Shown here: positions 1 to 9,114 of the stretch, piece after piece
Layout: each line of letters opens with the position of its first letter
Numbering within the stretch: the stretch's first letter is position 1
Origin: Candidatus Omnitrophota bacterium
Lineage (GTDB): Bacteria; Omnitrophota; Gorgyraeia; Tantalellales; Tantalellaceae
NCBI GenBank assembly: GCA_049643885.1
Contig: JBARQV010000055.1
Location: 9,052-73,051 of the forward strand
Length of the DNA: 64,000 nucleotides
Direction of reading: 5' to 3'
Made by a program: the position numbers and the translations under genes
The notes under the pieces: model-generated
Told to the model about the DNA's origin: nothing
The model's database searches: none
The model's input: the letters and a program-made list of their open reading frames with translations, nothing else

Positions 1-467
1 AGGATGAAAATATCTATCTCCCCGAATCTCCGATATGCCAGGCAGAGAGGCGGCGCCGTGTATTCCATTGTAAGGAATGCGGCTACCAGCATGAGTACAA
101 GGAAAACAGGATTTCCTGTCAAAAGCCATATGCCGGTCCCGCACAGAAAAGAGATCAGGAAGAGAAAGGCAGCAAGACGCAATATATCCCGTGCCTTGGC
201 CAGGCCTTCCTGTATTACCCTCGACCCTCCAAAGAACGGACTTTCCCTGATCTCGACATTATCCGCTCCCGTTCTATGATCACAGTAATCGTTCAAGGTG
301 TTCCCGGCGAGATGCGCGGTAATTACGCCGGCCAGACCGAGCGTAAACCTGAGCGGGTGGATATAAAATCCCCTGCCGTAGGCGAAAGCGGCACCTATAA
401 GAAACGGTATAACGCTTGCCGGAAGAAAATTCGCCCTGGTCACCCTGGGTAGGATCTTAAGGATCAT
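1..467 (-). CDS. UbiA-family prenyltransferase (MenA-like), partial; C-terminus lies beyond the window edge
   Basis: Manual minus-strand translation from the ATG at 465-467 gives MILKILPRVTRANFLPASVIPFLIGAAF...NDYCDHRTGADN, with the NDxxD prenyl-diphosphate-binding motif and hydrophobic TM segments. The start overlaps the tlpA stop (ATGA). It is absent from the ORF track because it runs off the window. Confidence 0.55.
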   Translation of the reverse strand, partial: MILKILPRVTRANFLPASVIPFLIGAAFAYGRGFYIHPLRFTLGLAGVITAHLAGNTLNDYCDHRTGADNVEIRESPFFGGSRVIQEGLAKARDILRLAAFLFLISFLCGTGIWLLTGNPVFLVLMLVAAFLTMEYTAPPLCLAYRRFGEIDIFI

Positions 468-973
468 AAAAGTTTCTTTATCGCTTCTTCAAGGATCTCT
501 TTTCCGCGATATCCCACAAACTTTTCAACGATCCGTCCCTGGCGGTCGATCACGAACGTGGTGGGAATGGCGCGTATCCCTCCATAATCCTGCGTCACTT
601 TTTGATCATCAATAACGATAGGATAATTTATACTGAACTGCCTGGCAAAAGGCATGACCGTAGCCGCTCCTCCCCTGTCAAGAGAGACACCGACGATCTC
701 GAGCCCCTGTCTCTTGTAATCCATATAAAGCTCGACAAAGTGCGGTATCTCAGCCTTGCACGGGGGACACCACGTCGCCCAGAAATCAAGTATGACTACT
801 TTCCCCCGGGTCGAAGAAAATCGAAAAGGCTTACCGTCCAGGTCATTGAGGGTAAAATCGGGCGCCATCCCCAAGCCTGACTCCGTTTTGACCGGTTGGC
901 ACGAGACCAGGCCCGCGGCCAGAAATAAGACCAATGTCATCGGAATAAACCAGAACTTCCTTTTCCACTCCAT
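464..973 (-). CDS. TlpA/ResA-family thiol-disulfide oxidoreductase (thioredoxin fold, secreted/lipoprotein)
   Basis: WATWCPPCKAEIP active-site CxxC motif and an N-terminal signal peptide with a lipobox-like VSC. It lies directly downstream of ccdA. Confidence 0.8.
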   Translation of the reverse strand: MEWKRKFWFIPMTLVLFLAAGLVSCQPVKTESGLGMAPDFTLNDLDGKPFRFSSTRGKVVILDFWATWCPPCKAEIPHFVELYMDYKRQGLEIVGVSLDRGGAATVMPFARQFSINYPIVIDDQKVTQDYGGIRAIPTTFVIDRQGRIVEKFVGYRGKEILEEAIKKLL

Positions 974-990
974 TGTCTACCCCTCTCCCG

Positions 991-1719
991 CTACTTTGCG
1001 AGTTTATAAAAAACCGACGGAACGAATTTTATTAAAACATCAAGACTGTTGAAAAATATCAAGATCCCGATAATGATCAAAAGCAGTCCCGCAACGATCT
1101 CTCCCCAGCGTATGAACTTTTTATATTTCTCAAAAAATCGCATAAAAAGGCCCACGCCAAAACCTGTAATGATAAACGGTATTCCCAGCCCGAGGGAATA
1201 AACCGCCAGGAGAAACATCCCCCTGATGAGGGTCTGCTGGGCAGCCGCCAAAGCGAGGATACCCGCCAGGATAGGCCCAACACACGGTGTCCAGCCAAAA
1301 GCGAACGCGAGTCCTATTACAAAAGCCCCGAAGAACGAAGGTGAAAAATTTTTTACCTTCAGGCGTTTTTCATAGCCCAGCCAATCCATCCGGAGAACAC
1401 CTACGAGGTGCAATCCGAGAAGAACGATCACCACACCGGCTATTTTAGTAAATATGCCTATGTGCTCTGCAAGTAATCTTCCGATGAAGGATGCTGAAGC
1501 GCCTAACGCGATAAAAACGAGGGAAAACCCGGCTACGAAAAAGACAGATGTGAGCCCAGCCTTCCTGACGAGCTTACCGTGCGCAGTACCATGCTCAAGC
1601 TCTTCCAGGGAAATCCCCGAAAGGAACGAAATATAAGCCGGGACGAGCGGCAATACGCAGGGGGAAAGAAAAGAAACAATACCTGCAATAAATGCTATAC
1701 CAACTGAGACCTGATCCAT
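991..1719 (-). CDS. ccdA: Cytochrome c-type biogenesis protein CcdA (DsbD transmembrane domain)
   Basis: CVLPLVPAYISFLSG and WTPCVGPILAGIL paired-cysteine TM motifs typical of CcdA/DsbD-beta. Confidence 0.85.
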   Translation of the reverse strand: MDQVSVGIAFIAGIVSFLSPCVLPLVPAYISFLSGISLEELEHGTAHGKLVRKAGLTSVFFVAGFSLVFIALGASASFIGRLLAEHIGIFTKIAGVVIVLLGLHLVGVLRMDWLGYEKRLKVKNFSPSFFGAFVIGLAFAFGWTPCVGPILAGILALAAAQQTLIRGMFLLAVYSLGLGIPFIITGFGVGLFMRFFEKYKKFIRWGEIVAGLLLIIIGILIFFNSLDVLIKFVPSVFYKLAK

Positions 1720-1745
1720 ATGTATTTCACCTCGGATTATGGTAA

Positions 1746-1756
1746 ATTATACCACA
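1746..1756 (-). promoter_or_regulatory. Candidate extended -10 promoter (TGTGGTATAAT) for ccdA
   Basis: Minus-strand TGnTATAAT about 30 nt upstream of the ccdA ATG. It is followed by a GAGGTGA ribosome-binding site 7 nt before the start. Confidence 0.35.
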
Positions 1757-1761
1757 TTATG

Positions 1762-1803
1762 TATATAAAAAAAGCCCCGGGTATATCGCAACCCAGGGCT
1801 TTT
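1762..1803 (-). terminator. Rho-independent terminator downstream of gdhA
   Basis: AAGCCCCGGGT...ACCCAGGGCTT hairpin followed on the minus strand by a T-run (TTTTTTATATA). Confidence 0.55.
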
Positions 1804-1860
1804 ATCCATATGCCCGCACAAATATATAAGCCGTCCTTGCGCGAAAAACAGGGGTGGATC

Positions 1861-3375
<1,515 letters not shown>

Positions 3376-3443
3376 TTAAAGGACTTCGTCAAGGGATTTT
3401 ATAAAGATACAACTATTGGCATAACTTATTGAAATACGGGATG

Positions 3444-3827
3444 TTACGCCTTCCCCTCTTTCTTCCTGCGGAGGTGTTCTATCTTCGGGAGAAGAAAATC
3501 GTCCAGAAATTCTATCCTGAAAGGCTTGGGGATAAAACCGTCGGCACCGAGCCTCTTTGCTTCCCTTATGTTCTCATCACTGTCGTAACCGCTGAACATG
3601 AGAACCGGAATGTCCGGGCATTCTTCTTTTATTTTTTTGAGAAGCGGAAAACTCTTTTCCCTGCCAAGAGCGATATCGAGCATCACCATGTCATAATCCG
3701 GGCTGAATTTTTCTGTTCCGCTAGCCAGGTCATAGGCAATATCCACCTGAAACCCTCTCTTTTTGAAAAAGCGTAAAATAACATCGGCGACCATCTTTTC
3801 ATCCTCTACTACAAGTATCTTATTCAT
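3444..3827 (-). CDS. Response regulator, stand-alone receiver (CheY-like) domain
   Basis: ILVVEDE...MLDIAL...GADGFIPKPF receiver-domain hallmarks with no output domain. Confidence 0.85.
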   Translation of the reverse strand: MNKILVVEDEKMVADVILRFFKKRGFQVDIAYDLASGTEKFSPDYDMVMLDIALGREKSFPLLKKIKEECPDIPVLMFSGYDSDENIREAKRLGADGFIPKPFRIEFLDDFLLPKIEHLRRKKEGKA

Positions 3828-3855
3828 ATCTTCCCCCTGAACCGATCGATATTAT

Positions 3856-4389
3856 TTATATAAAAAAGAAAAACCTGAGCGCTCGTTCCAGTATACCGCC
3901 TTTGCCGGGACCGGACACTATGCCTTTTATCCTCGCATGGACGGGATTGGAACGGAATCTGATTATATAGCCCTCGGCAAACCTGAAAGGAGACTTTTCC
4001 TCTTCGAAAACCCTGTTGCACTGGTCCTGGAATCTTTCCCTGAACTCCGGATGTCTCATAATAATACTATACATCTCTAACGCGTCAAAGACACGTTCCG
4101 GCCCGGTCTCCGCAAGGAAATCATCAAGTTCGCCTGTTTCCCATAGTTTACCGTCCCGGTGGAGCTTGAAAGAAGTACCACCGTAAAGCTCCAGGAGCCC
4201 CCTCTTAAGAACAAAATGGAACATTGAACCATCCATGTCCCAATTATTCCATATATTATTCCTGTGCATGCAATCGATCAATTTCTTTCTGAGGTCCTTC
4301 GAAAGGAATAGGGACAACTCCCCGTTCTCTATTTTATCAGAGTGTCTTTGTGAGAAAAACTTCATCGTTAGGATAAGTATACACGTCAA
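3856..4389 (-). CDS. Hypothetical protein
   Basis: A 177-aa ORF tightly packed between pyrG and the receiver gene. I recognise no family. Confidence 0.4.
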   Translation of the reverse strand: MTCILILTMKFFSQRHSDKIENGELSLFLSKDLRKKLIDCMHRNNIWNNWDMDGSMFHFVLKRGLLELYGGTSFKLHRDGKLWETGELDDFLAETGPERVFDALEMYSIIMRHPEFRERFQDQCNRVFEEEKSPFRFAEGYIIRFRSNPVHARIKGIVSGPGKGGILERALRFFFFI

Positions 4390-5858
4390 TTATTCATATG
4401 GCAAGATGAATGCTGTTTGACCGCCGCTTTGACAAAATCCCGGAATAATGGATGGGCCCTATCGGGTTTTGATTGAAATTCCGGATGGAACTGGCAAGCC
4501 ACGAACCAGGGATGCCCTTTTAATTCGATTATTTCGACAAGATCACCTTTGGGGTGAACGCCGGAAAAGACCATCCCCTTCTTTTTCATAACATCCCGGT
4601 ATGAATTATTATATTCATACCTGTGCCTGTGGCGTTCCATCATTTTGTCTTTTCCGTACGCCGCAGAGCTTTTTGTCCCCTTTTTGATCTTACAGAGATA
4701 CTGCCCGAAGCGCATTGTCCCACCCTTTGCCTTTATTTTTTTCTGCTCCTCGAGAAGACTGATCACGGGATGTCTTGTCTTCTTATTGAACTCTGACGAA
4801 TTGGCCTTCTTCAATCCGCAGACGTTCCGGGCAAATTCGATCACCGCCGTCTGCATGCCGAGACATATCCCGAAATATGGGATGCCATTCTCCCTGGCAT
4901 ACGTTATCGCCTTTATCTTACCTTCGATCCCCCTGTAGCCGAAACCGCCGGGGACCAGGATCCCGTCGATCTCTTTAAATAATTTTTTGGCACTGGCCTT
5001 GGAAATACTTTCTGAGTCGACTCTCCTGATCTCGACTTTTGCGTTATTAGCTATACCTCCGTGTATCAAGGCTTCATATATCGATTTATACGCGTCCTGA
5101 AGAGTGATATATTTGCCTACGACCGCTATGTTCACCGTGCACTTGGGGGATCTTATGCGGTCGACGACTCTCTTTTTCCACCCGGCCAGGTCCTTTTTGC
5201 TGGATCTTAATTTTAATTGCCTGACAATAAGCTCGTCCAGCCCCTGCCTTCCAAAAACTACGGGAACTTCATAGATGCTCTTGACATCAAGAGCAAGGAT
5301 CACCTTTTCTTTGTCCACGTTGCAGAAAAGGGCTATCTTTTCCCGCGCCTCTTTGGATATAGGATGTTCCGACCTGCACAGAAGAATGTCGGGCTGTATA
5401 CCGATCTCCCTCAATTTACCTACGCTATGCTGAGTGGGCTTGGTCTTCATCTCCCCCGCGCTTTTTATATAAGGAATAAGCGTCAGGTGTATGAACAATG
5501 AGTTTCCTCTGCCCTCCTCCATGGAAAACTGCCTGATGGCCTCAAGAAAAGGGAGGCCTTCGATATCGCCCACGGTCCCCCCTATCTCGACTATTACGAG
5601 ATCGAGTTTTTTGCCCCTGGCCGCTCTGCGTATACCGTCCTTTATTTCGTCCGTTATATGGGGAATGACCTGGACGGTATTACCGAGATACTCGCCCTTC
5701 CTTTCCTTGCTGATGACCGAATGGTATACCTTGCCCGTGGTTATATTGTTATCGCTTCCCAGGTCGGCGTTCGTGAACCTTTCATAATGCCCGAGATCGA
5801 GATCGGTTTCAGCCCCGTCCCGTATTTTCCCTGGTCCGGCAATTCGATGGCCAGATCT
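4386..5858 (-). CDS. pyrG: CTP synthase, 5'-truncated (lacks about the first 60 codons and a start codon); possible pseudogene or assembly deletion
   Basis: The glutamine amidotransferase GICLGMQ motif and the synthetase GGTVGDIEGLPFLEAIRQ motif are present. Upstream translation in frame reads DGAETDLDLGHYERF...GEYLGNTVQVIPHITDEIK back to a TGA at 5859-5861 with no start codon. The P-loop GGVVSSLGKG region is absent, and a terminator hairpin sits at 5902-5937. Confidence 0.75.
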   Translation of the reverse strand, partial: RSGHRIAGPGKIRDGAETDLDLGHYERFTNADLGSDNNITTGKVYHSVISKERKGEYLGNTVQVIPHITDEIKDGIRRAARGKKLDLVIVEIGGTVGDIEGLPFLEAIRQFSMEEGRGNSLFIHLTLIPYIKSAGEMKTKPTQHSVGKLREIGIQPDILLCRSEHPISKEAREKIALFCNVDKEKVILALDVKSIYEVPVVFGRQGLDELIVRQLKLRSSKKDLAGWKKRVVDRIRSPKCTVNIAVVGKYITLQDAYKSIYEALIHGGIANNAKVEIRRVDSESISKASAKKLFKEIDGILVPGGFGYRGIEGKIKAITYARENGIPYFGICLGMQTAVIEFARNVCGLKKANSSEFNKKTRHPVISLLEEQKKIKAKGGTMRFGQYLCKIKKGTKSSAAYGKDKMMERHRHRYEYNNSYRDVMKKKGMVFSGVHPKGDLVEIIELKGHPWFVACQFHPEFQSKPDRAHPLFRDFVKAAVKQHSSCHMNN

Positions 5859-5891
5859 TCACACTCTTCCCTGTACTTCATTTTTCCGCTT

Positions 5892-5943
5892 CCAAATAAA
5901 AAAGCCCTTTCTAAGCCTTCTTCGCTTAAAAAGGGCTTCTTCG
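5892..5943 (-). terminator. Rho-independent terminator of the GAF-ANTAR/glnN transcript
   Basis: A 15-bp stem (AAGCCCTTTCTAAGC / GCTTAAAAAGGGCTT, one mismatch) with a 7-nt loop, followed on the minus strand by TTTTATTT. Confidence 0.6.
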
Positions 5944-6017
5944 CCTTTTATCTAACTTCTTTGTCAGTTACACGTTAGCACAAATAAGGAAAAATATCAA
6001 GCTTTCTATTTTCTTAA

Positions 6018-6722
6018 TTATTTCCTTCTTATCTCATAAGACAGTATTATTGCTTCTGCTATCTCTTTCATAGAAACTCTTTTGTTCATGCTCGACTTCC
6101 TTATCAGGTTGAAGGCCGTTTCTTCCGTAAGATCCTGTTCTTTCATCAGGATACCTTTTGCCTTTTCGACCTTCTTCCTCGTCTCCAGTTCCTCCTGGAT
6201 GACCTTCGTCTTGACCATAAGTTCGGTATTCTCGATGGCTACCGCCGCCTGGTTAGCTACGGTGATCAAGAGGTCTATGTCACTTTTGGTGAAATTATAA
6301 GGGTCTACCGTGTAAACGTTAATGACACCGACCACCTCGTTCTTCTCCATCATCGGAACGCTGAGCATGGAGACAAGTTTTTCCTTTTTAGCGAGAGTCT
6401 TCTCCTTGTACCGCTCGTCTTTAAGAACGTCGGGGATGACGATAGGCTCCCTTTTCTTAGCCACCAGGCCCACTATACCCTCTCCTACTTTCAGTGTCCT
6501 CTCTTTCAGGTATTCGCTGCTCATCGCCTGCGTCGCCCTTATCTTCAGCTCCTGGGTATCCTTGTCGACAAGCCATAGCGAGCATATTTTGGCGTTCATC
6601 ACTTTCGCCGTCAACGATACGATAAGCTTCAGGACGTCCTCCAGGTAAAGGTCAGAGGTTATCGCCCTGCTTATCTTGCTCAGTGTTGAAAGATACTCTT
6701 TTTCAGATGGCTTCTTCGGCAT
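6018..6722 (-). CDS. GAF-ANTAR RNA-binding antitermination regulator
   Basis: An N-terminal GAF-like domain and a C-terminal ANTAR motif (KAKGILMKEQDLTEETAFNLIRKSSMNKRVSMKEIAEAII). An AAGGTGA ribosome-binding site precedes the start. It lies immediately downstream of glnN. Confidence 0.8.
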   Translation of the reverse strand: MPKKPSEKEYLSTLSKISRAITSDLYLEDVLKLIVSLTAKVMNAKICSLWLVDKDTQELKIRATQAMSSEYLKERTLKVGEGIVGLVAKKREPIVIPDVLKDERYKEKTLAKKEKLVSMLSVPMMEKNEVVGVINVYTVDPYNFTKSDIDLLITVANQAAVAIENTELMVKTKVIQEELETRKKVEKAKGILMKEQDLTEETAFNLIRKSSMNKRVSMKEIAEAIILSYEIRRK

Positions 6723-6775
6723 ATCTTCACCTTTTTTTAATCCCGTCCGTTATCATCCCCAAGTTATAGCCTCAT

Positions 6776-8860
6776 TTAGAATCTGAACATCATTTCCGCG
6801 TATGAAGGAAGCGGCCACTTGCTTGCCGGAACCAGGCCTTCAAGTTCGTCGACCGATTTCCTGAGTTCGTTCATCGCGGCTATCTTTTTATCGGCCGGTT
6901 TTCCCTCGCCGATAGCGTTGTCGAGCTTTTTTACGCTTTTAAGTGCATCTTCAGTCAGTTTACATATCTTTTTGAGTAGATCTTGCGGCTCCGCAAACGC
7001 GCAACCGCGGCCATCCACTCTCTTAATAGTACTTGCAAGCTCATTCTGATATTCCAGCACAGCGGGTATTATCATTGTCTTCGCCATGGTCAAGGCGCAT
7101 TCCGCTTCGATCTCTATAGTCTTTTCGTACTGCTCCTTGTAGATCTCGTACCGTGACTCCAGCTCTCCCTTGGTGAGAACACTGTGTTTTCCAAAGAGTT
7201 CTTCAGTCTTTTTATCTTTCATTACTTCCAAGGCTTCCAGTGTGGTTTTCTTGTTCGAGAGGCCCCTCTTCTCGGCTTCTTTATGCCACTCCTCGGTATA
7301 GTTATCACCATTGAAAAGTATCCGCTTGTGTTTTTTGACGATATCATGCAGGACCACCTGTAGCGACTCGTTGAAATCTTTACCAGCCGCCAAGTCAGAC
7401 TCCAGTCTAGTGCATATCTCGTCCAGGGCTTCCGCGACAATGGTGTTCAGTATGACATTCGAGCCCGCGCAGCTCTGGTTCGAACCAACAGCGCGAAATT
7501 CGAATTTGTTCCCCGTGAAAGCGAAAGGCGAAGTCCTGTTCCGGTCGGTCACATCGCGCGGAAGCGGCGGCAGCGAAGTGACACCTATCTCAATGATCCC
7601 GCCTTTTTTAGAGCTTTTTGCTCCGCCTGCTTCTATCTGCTCGACGACATCAGCCAGCTGATCTCCGAGAAAGATCGAAAGGATCGCCGGTGGCGCTTCG
7701 TTCGCTCCCAGCCTGTGGTCATTACCGGCAGTAGCAACAGATGATCTCAAAACGTCCGCGTAAGTATCCACCGCTTTCATGAGCGCGCATATTATCGTAA
7801 GGAACTTAGCATTTTCGTGCGGATTTTCACCGGGTGTTAACCAGTTTTTGCCGTCAGGGCCGGTAACAGCCCAGTTATTGTGTTTGCCGGAACCGTTGAC
7901 CCCCGCATACGGCTTTTCATGAAGTAAACAAACCAGATTATGTCTCTCGGCGACCATTTTCAGCGTATCCATGATCAGCATATTGTGGTCGACCGCTAGA
8001 TTCAATTCTTCATAGACCGGCGCTATCTCGAACTGCGCGGGGCAGACCTCATTGTGTCTAGTCTTTGAGGGTATGCCAAGTTTCCAGAGCTCACGGTCCA
8101 ATTCCGCCATGAAATCCATTATCCTGCTCTTTATGGTCCCAAAATAATGATCTTCCATCTGTTGGTGCTTAGCCGGGGATCGCCCGAAAAGAGTCCTGCC
8201 GGTCTGCAATAGATCAAGCCTGCTGTCATAATACTTTTTGTCTATGAGGAAATATTCCTGTTCCGGGCCCATTGTTGCATACGCGCGCTTGTTTTCCACA
8301 TCGATCCCAAAAAGTTTCCCCAAACGGCATACCTGCTTAGAAAGAGCGCCCATCGACCTCAACAGAGGAGTCTTCTTGTCCAGGGCTTCGCCATGATATG
8401 AGTAAAAAGCTGTCGGGATACACAATGTTGCACCGTATTTATTCTTCTTGATAAATGCGGGGCTGGTCGGGTCCCAAGCAGTATAACCGCGGGCTTCGAA
8501 AGTCGCCCTGAGGCCCCCTGAAGGAAAGCTCGAAGCGTCAGGTTCTCCTTTTATCAGCTCTTCCCCGGAGAACTTAAGCACCACGCCGCCTTCGCCGTCG
8601 GGCATTATGAAAGAATCGTGTTTCTCTGCCGTCGCGCCCGTAAGCGGCTGGAACCAGTGCGTAAAATGGGTCGCGCCTTTTGACACGGCCCACGTTTTCA
8701 TGGCATCAGCGACTTCATCGGCTATCTCCGGATCAAGCGTGCGCCCTTCCTTTATCGTGGCCCAAAGCGATTTGTACGCTTTTTCCGAAAGATAGTTGCG
8801 CATAGTCTTAAGGCTGAATACGTCTTCACCGTAAATATCCGCAATAGTCTGAACATCCAT
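6776..8860 (-). CDS. glnN: Glutamine synthetase type III
   Basis: About 700-aa GS with a GSIII-type N-terminus (MDVQTIADIYGEDVF...ATHFTHWFQPLTG). The start is placed at MDVQ, which is preceded by AGAGGTGA. The ORF-track start at 8920 is an extension. Confidence 0.85.
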   Translation of the reverse strand: MDVQTIADIYGEDVFSLKTMRNYLSEKAYKSLWATIKEGRTLDPEIADEVADAMKTWAVSKGATHFTHWFQPLTGATAEKHDSFIMPDGEGGVVLKFSGEELIKGEPDASSFPSGGLRATFEARGYTAWDPTSPAFIKKNKYGATLCIPTAFYSYHGEALDKKTPLLRSMGALSKQVCRLGKLFGIDVENKRAYATMGPEQEYFLIDKKYYDSRLDLLQTGRTLFGRSPAKHQQMEDHYFGTIKSRIMDFMAELDRELWKLGIPSKTRHNEVCPAQFEIAPVYEELNLAVDHNMLIMDTLKMVAERHNLVCLLHEKPYAGVNGSGKHNNWAVTGPDGKNWLTPGENPHENAKFLTIICALMKAVDTYADVLRSSVATAGNDHRLGANEAPPAILSIFLGDQLADVVEQIEAGGAKSSKKGGIIEIGVTSLPPLPRDVTDRNRTSPFAFTGNKFEFRAVGSNQSCAGSNVILNTIVAEALDEICTRLESDLAAGKDFNESLQVVLHDIVKKHKRILFNGDNYTEEWHKEAEKRGLSNKKTTLEALEVMKDKKTEELFGKHSVLTKGELESRYEIYKEQYEKTIEIEAECALTMAKTMIIPAVLEYQNELASTIKRVDGRGCAFAEPQDLLKKICKLTEDALKSVKKLDNAIGEGKPADKKIAAMNELRKSVDELEGLVPASKWPLPSYAEMMFRF

Positions 8861-8948
8861 TTTTTCACCTCTTTTTTCCATGGCACCCTCTCTTTTTTCT
8901 TTTGAAGTATATATTACCATTATTTTACCACCTTTCCCTTACCCGTAA

Positions 8949-8997
8949 ACAAAAAAACGTCCTTTTCAGCCGCAGCCTCCGCGGCCAAAAAGGACGT
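8949..8997 (-). terminator. Strong hairpin plus U-tract in the glnN 5' leader (terminator or attenuator)
   Basis: The minus strand reads ACGUCCUUUU-UGGCCGC-GGAGGCU-GCGGCUG-AAAAGGACGU followed by UUUUUUUG. It sits about 80 nt upstream of the glnN start. Confidence 0.45.
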
Positions 8998-9023
8998 CAT
9001 TATCCTGAGCTCCTAACGTAGAA

Positions 9024-9053
9024 ATATAAAAAAAGGCGTTCACCTGAACGCCT
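9024..9053 (-). terminator. Rho-independent terminator of the GH5 gene
   Basis: An 8-bp stem (AGGCGTTC / GAACGCCT) with a 4-nt loop, followed on the minus strand by TTTTTTTATATTT. Confidence 0.6.
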
Positions 9054-9114
9054 CATCGCTGAGCATACTGCTTTGTGCTTACAGTGTTGATTTTAATCCC
9101 TTCTACTATTTTTA

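Noticed and set aside
4-279. A 91-aa plus-strand ORF at the window start
   Set aside because: It is antisense to the UbiA-family prenyltransferase gene that I could translate manually on the minus strand.
5879-5881. An alternative ATG (minus strand) giving MKYREECEDLAIELPDQGKYG..., tested as a possible +1-frameshifted pyrG N-terminus
   Set aside because: The translation has no similarity to CTP synthase N-termini and the ORF is shorter than 60 aa. This does not rescue pyrG.
5658-5978. A 106-aa plus-strand ORF in the pyrG 5' region
   Set aside because: It is antisense to the recognisable PyrG reading frame and spans the intrinsic terminator hairpin.
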